From Candidatus Omnitrophota bacterium (GTDB lineage: Bacteria; Omnitrophota; Gorgyraeia; VGKH01): 64,000 nucleotides of DNA. Of the stretch, positions 1 through 8,450 are shown piece after piece. Under the pieces are notes generated by a model, which saw only the letters and a program-made list of their open reading frames with translations, did no database searches and had not been told where the DNA came from. Made by a program: the position numbers and the translations under genes. Within the stretch, counting starts at the first letter, position 1, and each line of letters opens with the position of its first letter. The stretch lies in assembly GCA_022703055.1 (NCBI GenBank), contig JAKLEP010000002.1, positions 288,480-352,479 on the forward strand. Direction: 5' to 3'.

Positions 1-1
1 G

Positions 2-205
2 CTAGATGAACTAGAAGTTCAGGTAGAAGTAGAACCGAAAATCTTTTCTGATGAAATCAAGAAACTCAAGATGCTCGAAGATAAAATCAGGAAGGAAATT
101 GAGTCTATCTTGGGAATTTTTGTCAAAGTTACACTAGTAGAACACAAATCTATCCAGCGCAGTGAAGGCAAGGCAAAAAGAGTTATCGATAAAAGAGTTT
201 TATAA
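2..205 (+). CDS. Phenylacetate-CoA ligase-like adenylate-forming enzyme, C-terminal fragment (5' part outside window)
   Basis: Frame 2 is open from the window edge to TAA at 203-205. The tail ...[25 protein letters not shown] parallels the C-terminus of the full-length PaaK-like ORF at 645-1964 (...FEGKAKRVVDTRTKL). Absent from the ORF track because it has no start. Confidence 0.6.
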   Translation, partial: LDELEVQVEVEPKIFSDEIKKLKMLEDKIRKEIESILGIFVKVTLVEHKSIQRSEGKAKRVIDKRVL

Positions 206-216
206 AGGAGGCGGCT

Positions 217-648
217 ATGAAACTAAATCAAATTTCTATTTTCTTAGAAAACAGGGAAGGCAGGCTCTATGAGGCTTGTTCTCTTTTAGGCGAACATAAG
301 ATTAATATTCGAGCTCTTACTATTGCTGAAAGCGATCAATTTGGCATCCTGCGGGTTGTAGTTGATAAGCCTGAAGAAGCCATGGCGCTATTAAAGAAAA
401 ATGGCTTCACTGCTGATCTAACCGATATCGTCGCAGTAGAAGTTGACGATAAGCCAGGCGGATTAGCAAAGATCTTAAAAATTATCTACGATAACCGTAT
501 CAATATAGAATACATGTATGGCTTCGTGGAAAAATCTTCAGAAAAGGCGCTATTAGTATTTCGTTTTGATGACTCTGATAAAGCGATAAGTGTTTTGACG
601 GATAATAAAATAAAGGTCATCGGAAAAAAGGATATTGTAAACCTATGA
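217..648 (+). CDS. ACT domain-containing protein (tandem ACT halves)
   Basis: 143 aa with two ACT-like halves (ISIFLENREGRL...INIRAL...; IVAVEVDDKPGGLAKI...). AAGGAGG RBS lies just upstream. ATGA overlap with the next gene. Confidence 0.75.
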   Translation: MKLNQISIFLENREGRLYEACSLLGEHKINIRALTIAESDQFGILRVVVDKPEEAMALLKKNGFTADLTDIVAVEVDDKPGGLAKILKIIYDNRINIEYMYGFVEKSSEKALLVFRFDDSDKAISVLTDNKIKVIGKKDIVNL

Positions 649-1964
649 GCATGCAAGAAATCAGCTACTGGAATAGAGAAATTGAGACTATCTCAAGCGA
701 GGCTTTAAGAAAACTGCAACTTAAACGCCTCAAAGAAACAGTCAACACTGCCCTCAAGACACCTTTCTATAACGCCAGGTTAAAAAAGGCCGGAATCAAT
801 TCCGCTGATGATATAAAACGACTTGAGGATATCCATAAAATACCTTTCACCACTAAAGATGACTTGAGAGAGTGTTATCCAAACGGGCTTCTATCTGTAG
901 ATTTAAATGATGTTGTTAGGATCCATACCTCAAGCGGAACAACCGGAACGCCTACTGTTATCTACCATACCAAAGAAGACATTGATAACTGGACCGAACT
1001 GGTTGCGCGCTGTATTATTGCAACAGGATCAGGCAAAAGCGATGTTTTCCAAAACATGATGGGCTACGGAATGTTTACCGGCGGCCTAGGCCTTCATTAC
1101 GGCGCAGAGCGTGTCGGAATGACTGTTATTCCTATCGGCGGAGGAAATACCGTACGCCAGATTCAATTGATGAAAGACTTCAAGACTACAGTTTTGCATA
1201 TAACTCCCAGCTACCTCCTCCATATTCATTCCAAACTTGCCGAAGGCGAAATATCAGTCAAAGACCTCAGTTTAAAAAAGGCGTATTTAGGCGCAGAGCC
1301 TTATTCGGAAAATACCCGCAAGAAAGCTGAAGAACTTTTTAAGATAGACGCTTATAATTCTTACGGCCTAAGCGAAATGAACGGTCCGGGCGTAGCTTTT
1401 GAATGCATCCATAAATGCGGGATGCATGTCTGGGAAGATGCCTATATATTAGAAATCATTGACCCCAAAACAGCTGAGCCTCTTTCGGAAGAAAAAGAAG
1501 GCGAGATTGTCTTTACTACATTAATGCGAAAAGCCACTCCTCTATTGCGCTACCGTTCCCGAGATCTGGCTTTCATCTATAAAGGCGGATGCAAATGCAA
1601 AAGGACTCACCGCAGGATTTCAAGGATAACCGGTAGAACCGATGATATGCTGATTATAAACGGCGTCAATGTCTATCCTTCGCAAATTGAACAAGTGATT
1701 ATGCGCGTCCCAGAAGTAGGAACTAACTATCAAATTTACCTGGAAAAAGAAGGAACTTTGGACAAGCTCATTGTAAAGGTAGAAATCTATTCAAAATTGT
1801 TTACCGGAGAATTAAAAGAACTGGATGCTTTAAGGGAAAGAATTAAAGAGCAGCTACGCGCCTCTATCATAATTAATCCAGTAGTCGAATTGCATGAACC
1901 CGGAAGCTTACCGGTTTTTGAAGGCAAGGCAAAACGCGTGGTTGATACGCGTACAAAACTGTAG
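645..1964 (+). CDS. paaK: Phenylacetate-CoA ligase family protein
   Basis: 439 aa. Adenylate-forming motif HTSSGTTGTPT, YGLSEMNGPG, C-terminal GKAKRVVD. Size and motifs are typical of the PaaK family. Confidence 0.85.
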   Translation: MSMQEISYWNREIETISSEALRKLQLKRLKETVNTALKTPFYNARLKKAGINSADDIKRLEDIHKIPFTTKDDLRECYPNGLLSVDLNDVVRIHTSSGTTGTPTVIYHTKEDIDNWTELVARCIIATGSGKSDVFQNMMGYGMFTGGLGLHYGAERVGMTVIPIGGGNTVRQIQLMKDFKTTVLHITPSYLLHIHSKLAEGEISVKDLSLKKAYLGAEPYSENTRKKAEELFKIDAYNSYGLSEMNGPGVAFECIHKCGMHVWEDAYILEIIDPKTAEPLSEEKEGEIVFTTLMRKATPLLRYRSRDLAFIYKGGCKCKRTHRRISRITGRTDDMLIINGVNVYPSQIEQVIMRVPEVGTNYQIYLEKEGTLDKLIVKVEIYSKLFTGELKELDALRERIKEQLRASIIINPVVELHEPGSLPVFEGKAKRVVDTRTKL

Positions 1965-1980
1965 ACGAAAGGATAGTTTT

Positions 1981-2409
1981 ATGGCAAAACAACTGAATAT
2001 TTTCTTGGAAAACAAACCCGGAAGATTAAAAGCTGTCACAGAGCTCCTTTATCAAAATAAAATCAACATCCGCGCGCTGTCTTTGCAAGATAGACAAGAC
2101 TTTGGAGTATTAAAAATCGTTGTCGATAAGCCAGAAGAGGCGCATATAGCGCTTACTCAGAAAGGATTTGCCTGCGCCTTAAAAGACATCTTGGCAATTT
2201 TGATGGATGATAAACCCGGGGGATTACACAAGATTACCAGCTTATTCGTCGATAATAAAATTAATATTCAAGATGCCTATGCCTTCGTTATCGAATCAAA
2301 AAAACAGGCCGTCCTATGCGTGGAAGTAAAAGATCCTAAAGCTATCAAGGTCATCATCAAAAAAGAAGGCTATAAAATCTTGGAAGATGAACAACTCTAC
2401 GAACTCTAA
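1981..2409 (+). CDS. ACT domain-containing protein (paralog of 217-648)
   Basis: Start moved to ATG 1981 (MAKQLNIFLENKPGRL...); the ORF-track extension 1894-1980 overlaps the paaK 3' end. Shares LENxxGRL, INIRAL, VVDKPEEA and DDKPGGL blocks with the first ACT protein. Confidence 0.75.
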   Translation: MAKQLNIFLENKPGRLKAVTELLYQNKINIRALSLQDRQDFGVLKIVVDKPEEAHIALTQKGFACALKDILAILMDDKPGGLHKITSLFVDNKINIQDAYAFVIESKKQAVLCVEVKDPKAIKVIIKKEGYKILEDEQLYEL

Positions 2410-3197
2410 TGATTATTGATATCCATACCCATGCCTGGCCGGAAAAAGTATCTGGTAAAGCCCGGGAGAGCCTAGAATCTTCTTTCCGTGTCCGCCTCGT
2501 AGGAGATCCCACCTTAAAGATTCTGCTTAGTTTTATGGATAAAAACAGTATTGATATAAGCGCTGTCGCAGCTGTCGCCACTAAGCCCGACCAAGTCACT
2601 TCTATCAACGATTGGCTCTTTAGCATAAGAGGAAAACGAATAAGGGTTTTCTGTGCCATGCATCCTGATTTTCTATCCTGGGAGAAAGAACTAAAAAGAA
2701 TCAAAGAAAGCGGAGATGGCATTAAATTCCAGGGGGAATTTCAAGATTTCTACGTTGATGAAAACCGCATGTTCCCGTTATACGAAACTATCCAAAGACT
2801 GGAATTGCCGATTCTCTTCCACTGCGGCAAAGAGCTTTCCGGAACAATGCTTGTACGCTCCTCTCCTTCTCGGCTTGCTAAGATATTAAAAAACTTTCCT
2901 CATCTTAAGGTCATCGCCGGACATTTCGGCGGATTTGAACTCTGGGATGAAGTAAAAAAATACCTCCTGGGTAAAGATGTATACCTGGATACCTCATTCT
3001 TTTTCGACTACCTTCCCAAAAAAGAAGTACGCAGCCTTATTCTGGCTCATCGCCCTGACAGGCTACTTTTTGGCACAGACTTTCCTCTTATCGACCAGAA
3101 AAAAGATCTGGACTTCCTAAATTCATTAGACCTGCCCGAAGACTTAAGGCAACACATTCTCTACCTAAACGCTCAAAATCTACTCGGTATTAGTTAA
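2409..3197 (+). CDS. Amidohydrolase-2 / TIM-barrel metal-dependent hydrolase family protein
   Basis: 262 aa. N-terminal IIDIHTHAWP (HxH metal motif), later HCG and GHFGG, FGTDFP near the C-terminus. TAATG overlap with the upstream ACT gene. Confidence 0.7.
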   Translation: MIIDIHTHAWPEKVSGKARESLESSFRVRLVGDPTLKILLSFMDKNSIDISAVAAVATKPDQVTSINDWLFSIRGKRIRVFCAMHPDFLSWEKELKRIKESGDGIKFQGEFQDFYVDENRMFPLYETIQRLELPILFHCGKELSGTMLVRSSPSRLAKILKNFPHLKVIAGHFGGFELWDEVKKYLLGKDVYLDTSFFFDYLPKKEVRSLILAHRPDRLLFGTDFPLIDQKKDLDFLNSLDLPEDLRQHILYLNAQNLLGIS

Positions 3198-3200
3198 TTA

Positions 3201-3602
3201 TTAACTGCTGGCTGGCTCTAGAATTTGCCTGATCTCTTGGGGAATTATTCGCGGCTTAAAATCCTTATCGATACATGCCCAAATAGTCTTAGATACAATT
3301 ACAGTTTTATCGTTTAAAGTGATATTTTGAGAAAAATGGATTGAGGAATTGCCTAGTTTTTCCACTTGCGTCGCTAACTTAACAACATCTCCATAACGGG
3401 CTGGATATTTATAATCTACCTCGACATGCACAACGACAAAAAGGGTTCCCTTATTGAACCACTCCTGCAAGTCAATCCCATTGGCTGCGCAAAATTCAGT
3501 CCGCCCTTCCTCTAAGAATTTAAGGTAATTCGAATAATATACCACGCCACCGCAATCGGTGTCGTGATAATAAATCTTTTTCTGGATCATGCCTTCTTTC
3601 AT
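3201..3602 (-). CDS. Acyl-CoA thioesterase, YbgC/4HBT hotdog-fold family
   Basis: 133 aa. YYHDTDCGGVVYYSNYLKFLEEGRTEF is the classic YbgC/FadM N-terminal catalytic-Asp motif. Directly abuts the stop of the upstream GT2 gene. Confidence 0.8.
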   Translation of the reverse strand: MKEGMIQKKIYYHDTDCGGVVYYSNYLKFLEEGRTEFCAANGIDLQEWFNKGTLFVVVHVEVDYKYPARYGDVVKLATQVEKLGNSSIHFSQNITLNDKTVIVSKTIWACIDKDFKPRIIPQEIRQILEPASS

Positions 3603-5096
3603 TTAGCTTGAGTCTCTTTTCTTCTCGGTGTAAGTAAAGCCCATGTATTTACCCAATGCAAGCCTTGTCTGCGCATCCAGAGCAGGCGTTGAACCGATAA
3701 GAGGCATAACAATAGGAATAAACAGCCACTGAGTGACTAATTTTATCCAAGCCCTGAACTTCAACTCTTTTGGTTTAGGCGGCAATAGAGTAAAACTTAA
3801 TACCATCCATAATATAACTGTTATATTCGTTAGGCTAAACAACACTCCGGTTATCTTCGCCAGGTTATAACCAATCACCGCGCCTCGAAATGCATAGCTG
3901 TTGACAAGCATGGCGATAGGACTAATTACGGTTAAAATCATAGCATAAGTTGCCCAGCTGACATGGCTATCCAGTATCTGAAAAACTTTTCGGAATTTCT
4001 TATTAAACGGGATTAATGTATTATTTCTAAAATTCGCCATAACATACGGAAAAACTTCGATTCCCCATGCCCAGCGCCTCTTTTGTCTGTACTGCACGAC
4101 AAGAGTATGGAATAGGTTTCTTCCGTGCGCAACATCCATTGATACCGTTATATACATCGGAATTACCCTGTAGTCGGCATTATAATGAAGATAGGCCTTC
4201 CAAAAAATCAAGGAGTCATCAGAAACTTTATCCACCGGCCAATAATCCACATCGACTAATGTCTTAAAACTCATGCTGTGGCTGGAAAAAGTTACGAATT
4301 TCTCCAGACGTACGCCGTCGATAAGCTCAAAATAGGACGAACTTATCTCAACTACCCTGGCAAAAGACGGAGCATACCAGATATTATTATTATAAACCGG
4401 TATAGGCTGATAACTGCACTGTAGAGGTTTTTCTACAGTAAGAAAATGATAAAGAAGACAACCAAAATATTCTCTTTCTACGCACGTATCAGCGTCGAAA
4501 CAAGACACAATCACGTCTTCATACCTTATATTCTTATCATCAAGGATATTGACTAGTTTTTTTGCCGCCCAAGTGGCATTTGAACCTTTTGTCTTTGCCT
4601 CACCCGCTATTCCGTCGGGATGAAAGGTAGACAAAAATAGAAAGAAAGAATTCTTGTAGCGTAACTCCAGTTCCCTTGCTTTTTCTCTCGAATCCTTGAT
4701 TCTATCCTCAAAGGCCATAACTACAATAACCTTCTCTTTGGGATAATTAGCGTTATTTATTGCTTCCAATGAAGGGATAAGTATGTCCAATCCTTCTCTA
4801 TATACTGGGAATATTATTGCTTGGTAAATTTTCTTAATTTGGGGATTGGATAATCTTGCAGATAACGACAGCCAGTTCTTATTCTTTTCCTGATTTAAAC
4901 GATGGTGTGCCATGGTCAAAAGTGAGGTCAAATAACAAAGCCTGATTACCCAATATATATCGAAGATGATGATTATCAATGCGTAAGCCTTGGGCCTCAA
5001 GAAAGCGAAAGAAATAAAAATCAATAAAATCGACCAAGATATAAAGGCGGGTATAATTTCAAAAGCGCGCTTCTGAAGATCAAATACCTCTCTCAT
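3603..5096 (-). CDS. Membrane-embedded family-2 glycosyltransferase, probably processive (QxxRW type)
   Basis: 497 aa. N-terminal and C-terminal hydrophobic helices flank a GT2-like core with FDADT (DxD) and QKRRW (QxxRW) motifs. Start overlaps the stop of the PEGA gene (TAATG). Confidence 0.7.
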   Translation of the reverse strand: MREVFDLQKRAFEIIPAFISWSILLIFISFAFLRPKAYALIIIIFDIYWVIRLCYLTSLLTMAHHRLNQEKNKNWLSLSARLSNPQIKKIYQAIIFPVYREGLDILIPSLEAINNANYPKEKVIVVMAFEDRIKDSREKARELELRYKNSFFLFLSTFHPDGIAGEAKTKGSNATWAAKKLVNILDDKNIRYEDVIVSCFDADTCVEREYFGCLLYHFLTVEKPLQCSYQPIPVYNNNIWYAPSFARVVEISSSYFELIDGVRLEKFVTFSSHSMSFKTLVDVDYWPVDKVSDDSLIFWKAYLHYNADYRVIPMYITVSMDVAHGRNLFHTLVVQYRQKRRWAWGIEVFPYVMANFRNNTLIPFNKKFRKVFQILDSHVSWATYAMILTVISPIAMLVNSYAFRGAVIGYNLAKITGVLFSLTNITVILWMVLSFTLLPPKPKELKFRAWIKLVTQWLFIPIVMPLIGSTPALDAQTRLALGKYMGFTYTEKKRDSS

Positions 5097-6046
5097 TATT
5101 TAATATTTCCCTCTATGTCTTTAAAGAAAGTAAAGAGCGATTTCTTGCTAATGTCCAGACGATACAGGCCTTTATGAGACTTCCCGTCAGGACCGTCTTG
5201 GATATCGGTAAAATACAGGATATCATCATCAATATCGTAAAACGCCTTGGAACGCTTGTCATTTATATTCAAAAGAGTAACTATGTTATTCTTACCCTGG
5301 CTGATTAATTCATATATCTTTATATCCTTATCGGTCATAATTAAGACATGCTCGCTATCTGAATACCAAAATGCGTTTAGAATTTTACGCTCCGTATTGA
5401 TGGAAAAATTGATATCTTTGATTTGATTGCGTTCCGGTTTCTCACTAGGCACATACAAAACTTCCAGCCTATTTCCGAAATAATAGAATATCTTTTTCTT
5501 GTCCGGAGAAAGAGACAAGTCTTTAATATTCTCGGGAAGCTCAAGATTCCCAAAAAGTATGTTCAATTCTCTATCTTTAGGATTCAAGCTTGTTTTAGCA
5601 ATCGTGCTTTTATTGTCTGATATATAGTAGGCGTTGTCTTTATCGGCTGGAAATACATAAAAGTCATAAACATCAGAAATATTTATCTTTTCTAAATGCG
5701 GCTTAGTAGAAAAAAGGATGATATCCTGTAAGATGTTCGCTTTACCAGGCTCAACCAAAACTTCTTGGTACCAAGGATAATAACCTTCCAGCGCCAAAGA
5801 AAGCTTATATACTCCTGGTAATAATTCTTCGATTGCCGCGGGAGTTGTGTATTTAATCCTTCTTCCGTTTAAGTATACTTTGGCACCAACTGGTACGGAT
5901 TCCACATAGATTAAACCTGTCTTAATAATTCTTAATTTGCTTATATCTAATTTATATCCAAAAGAATAGAGTAATACCGAAGGTATCAATACAAAAAATA
6001 GGATTACGCTAATATAAAAAAGTATCGCCCTGACTTTTTGTACCAT
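5096..6046 (-). CDS. Membrane-anchored PEGA domain protein
   Basis: 316 aa. N-terminal TM helix (ILFYISVILFFVLIPSVLLY). PEGA-like segment VESVPVGAKVYLNGRRIKYTTPAAIEELLPGVYKLSLALEGYYPW. The C-terminal ~200 aa look beta-rich and repeat-like; family unknown. Confidence 0.6.
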   Translation of the reverse strand: MVQKVRAILFYISVILFFVLIPSVLLYSFGYKLDISKLRIIKTGLIYVESVPVGAKVYLNGRRIKYTTPAAIEELLPGVYKLSLALEGYYPWYQEVLVEPGKANILQDIILFSTKPHLEKINISDVYDFYVFPADKDNAYYISDNKSTIAKTSLNPKDRELNILFGNLELPENIKDLSLSPDKKKIFYYFGNRLEVLYVPSEKPERNQIKDINFSINTERKILNAFWYSDSEHVLIMTDKDIKIYELISQGKNNIVTLLNINDKRSKAFYDIDDDILYFTDIQDGPDGKSHKGLYRLDISKKSLFTFFKDIEGNIK

Positions 6047-6077
6047 TATTAACTGCCTTTCTCCTATTTAAATAAAT

Positions 6078-6443
<366 letters not shown>

Positions 6444-6469
6444 AAATTATCCAATGAACAGAGTATCTT

Positions 6470-6922
6470 TTAACGGCGCCGACGCAATTCCCGCTTCATT
6501 TCTAAATCTAATTCGCGTTCTTTGATCGCCGCCCGTTTATCATAAAGCTTTTTGCCTTTTACCAATCCTAATTCAACTTTGACAAAACCCTTCTTGAAAT
6601 AAAACTTAAGTGGGACTAACGTCAGCCCACGCTGACTCACCCTACTTAAAATACGCCTAATCTCGCTTTTATGTAAAAGCAGCCGGCGCACCCTTTTAGG
6701 ATCTACATTAAAATAACTTCCTTTTTCGTAAGGAGTAATATGGGTGTTGTATAACAACACCTCTTCTTCTTCAATACGGGCAAAACTATCCTTTAAATTT
6801 GCGTTACCTTCCCGTATAGACTTAACCTCAGAGCCTTTCAGTTCTATACCGCATTCAAAAGACTCCAAGATGCTAAAATCGCGGAAAGCCGAGCTATTCT
6901 TGGCGATAACGTTATCTTTCAT
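6470..6922 (-). CDS. smpB: SsrA-binding protein SmpB
   Basis: 150 aa. ...NKKAxxDF-like N-terminus, GIELKGSEVKSIREG, LLLHKSEI, basic C-terminal tail. Adjacent to tmRNA. Confidence 0.9.
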   Translation of the reverse strand: MKDNVIAKNSSAFRDFSILESFECGIELKGSEVKSIREGNANLKDSFARIEEEEVLLYNTHITPYEKGSYFNVDPKRVRRLLLHKSEIRRILSRVSQRGLTLVPLKFYFKKGFVKVELGLVKGKKLYDKRAAIKERELDLEMKRELRRRR

Positions 6923-6934
6923 AATTTAACATAT

Positions 6935-7906
6935 TTATTTAAAAAACGCAAATATCTCGTAAACGATAAGCCATAAAGGAATGCTTAAAATACAGAAAAG
7001 ATGAGTAAAGAAGATACCATGGCTGATAATCGTATCTTCCTGGTTATAGTGCCATGTAATCAAAGATAAAGAGTTGGCCGAAGGCATGGCTACCTGCAAG
7101 ATAACAAAAACTCCGAACAGATATTCGGGCCTAAAAAAGAAGAAAACGATGAAGGCTAAAATAGGCAATAAAATCAGCTTAAGAAAAGATACATGAGCGA
7201 TTGCTTTAGCCTTAACATTTTTTAACGAGACCAAAGCAAGATTACTCCCCGTAACAATCATCGCTAAGGGAAGCAGGCAATTCCCCAGCATTTCTGCCGG
7301 CTCGAATACAAACTTGGGAACGATTTTATCTATACCAAAACCAATCAAAACCATGGCTAAAATTGTTGCTATCACCGGCGGGCTAAACATACTACCCATC
7401 TCAAAATTCTTTATGCTATGCCTCGAAAGAAACCATACCCCAAAAGACCAAATCACTACATTAAACCCTAAAAGCAATAAGAAAATGTAGATATACATCT
7501 GCTCGGCGTCAAACGCAGAAAGCAAGGTAGTTGCCAGAATTAAAGGTATGTACCCAGAATTTTGAAAACTAACTAAGCTTATAAATTGACGACTCTCGGA
7601 TTCTGAAGTTACGGTCTTGAAAATTCCCAGCCAAAAATAAGCGACGATAAAACCTACTAAATTTATGATTAAACCAATTACCGTGTAGGTCCACCAATTT
7701 GGGTAAAGCACGAAACTAAAGCTTTTTAGGGTTTTTGTAAAAATAAACAAGGGTAGAATAAATTCTACTACCAATCTCATCAGAAAACGTAAACCAGCCT
7801 CATCTAGGAATTTCTTTCTGACCATGATGAATCCGCAGGCGCCCAGGATAAAAATCTCCAGCATCGAAACCAAAACTGTCTTAAAAACTAAGGTAAAATT
7901 GTCCAT
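6935..7906 (-). CDS. AEC (auxin efflux carrier) family membrane transporter
   Basis: 323 aa, about 10 hydrophobic helices. N-terminal pattern (FILGACGFIMVRKKFLDEAGLRFLMRLVVEFILPLFIF) is typical of the PF03547-type membrane transport protein family. Confidence 0.6.
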   Translation of the reverse strand: MDNFTLVFKTVLVSMLEIFILGACGFIMVRKKFLDEAGLRFLMRLVVEFILPLFIFTKTLKSFSFVLYPNWWTYTVIGLIINLVGFIVAYFWLGIFKTVTSESESRQFISLVSFQNSGYIPLILATTLLSAFDAEQMYIYIFLLLLGFNVVIWSFGVWFLSRHSIKNFEMGSMFSPPVIATILAMVLIGFGIDKIVPKFVFEPAEMLGNCLLPLAMIVTGSNLALVSLKNVKAKAIAHVSFLKLILLPILAFIVFFFFRPEYLFGVFVILQVAMPSANSLSLITWHYNQEDTIISHGIFFTHLFCILSIPLWLIVYEIFAFFK

Positions 7907-7969
7907 AATTTGCCTTTATTTATGAGCCTATTATACTACAACTTTCAGCCCAGAAGTAGCAATTTATGT

Positions 7970-7998
7970 TTGACGGACAGGGCTTTATGAAGTATACT
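7970..7998 (+). promoter_or_regulatory. Sigma-70-like promoter for tRNA-Leu / rpmA
   Basis: TTGACG (7970-7975), 17-nt spacer, TATACT (7993-7998). About 17 nt upstream of the tRNA 5' end. Confidence 0.5.
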
Positions 7999-8015
7999 CT
8001 ATATCTGTCAAATTC

Positions 8016-8098
8016 GCGGAAGTGGCGGAATTGGCATACGCGTAAGTTTCAGGAACTTATGCCCTTCGGGCTTGGGGGTTCAAATCCCCCCTTCCGCA
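8016..8098 (+). tRNA. tRNA-Leu (anticodon CAG), class II with long variable arm
   Basis: Acceptor GCGGAAG/CTTCCGC. Anticodon loop TTCAGGA (CAG). Variable arm TGCCCTTCGGGCT. T-arm GGGGGTTCAAATCCCCC. No encoded CCA. Confidence 0.9.
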
Positions 8099-8147
8099 TA
8101 ACTTCCGTATAAAAAGAATAAACAAACTAACTAATGGAGGTGTTTTA

Positions 8148-8411
8148 ATGGCGCAACGCGGTGGAATATCTCATATACATTATAGAGAAACGAGAGGTTT
8201 AAAGGTAGCTGGTGGCCAATCGGTGACAAAATCTGCTATCTTAACTAGGGAAGGCAATAAATGGAAGCCGGGTAAGAATGTCGGCGGAATAGGTACTCTC
8301 TATGCGCTCTGCGATGGAGAGGTCTATTTTACTAAAAAGAAAGGCTCCTACAGAACAACCAAAGTCTACACAGTAATAAATATCAAACCAAAAGTAAAAA
8401 AGAAAAGCTAG
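8148..8411 (+). CDS. rpmA: Ribosomal protein bL27-like (divergent N-terminus)
   Basis: 87 aa. Core GLKVAGGQSVTKSAILTREGNKWKPGKNVGGIGTLYALCDGEVYF aligns by eye with the L27 core (LGVKxFGGexVxaGsIivRQRGTkfhpGxNVGxGxDhTLFAxxdGxVxF). GGAGG RBS upstream. Confidence 0.7.
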   Translation: MAQRGGISHIHYRETRGLKVAGGQSVTKSAILTREGNKWKPGKNVGGIGTLYALCDGEVYFTKKKGSYRTTKVYTVINIKPKVKKKS

Positions 8412-8421
8412 AAATCCATCA

Positions 8422-8450
8422 TCCCCTTAGAAAAATAGTTTCTAAGGGGA
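8422..8450 (+). terminator. Rho-independent terminator after rpmA
   Basis: 12-bp perfect stem TCCCCTTAGAAA / TTTCTAAGGGGA with loop AATAG, followed by TTTATTTT. The 3' arm overlaps the stop codon of the convergent minus-strand gene. Confidence 0.75.

Noticed and set aside
1894-1980. 5' extensions of ORF-track models: ACT-2 (1894-1980), tsaB (16852-16917), mcsB (34316-34381), glmU (52403-52453), spoVG (52929-52964)
   Set aside because: The extensions overlap the upstream gene or tRNA-Gln and encode non-homologous residues. Internal ATGs give the canonical family N-termini, several with GGAGG-type RBS.
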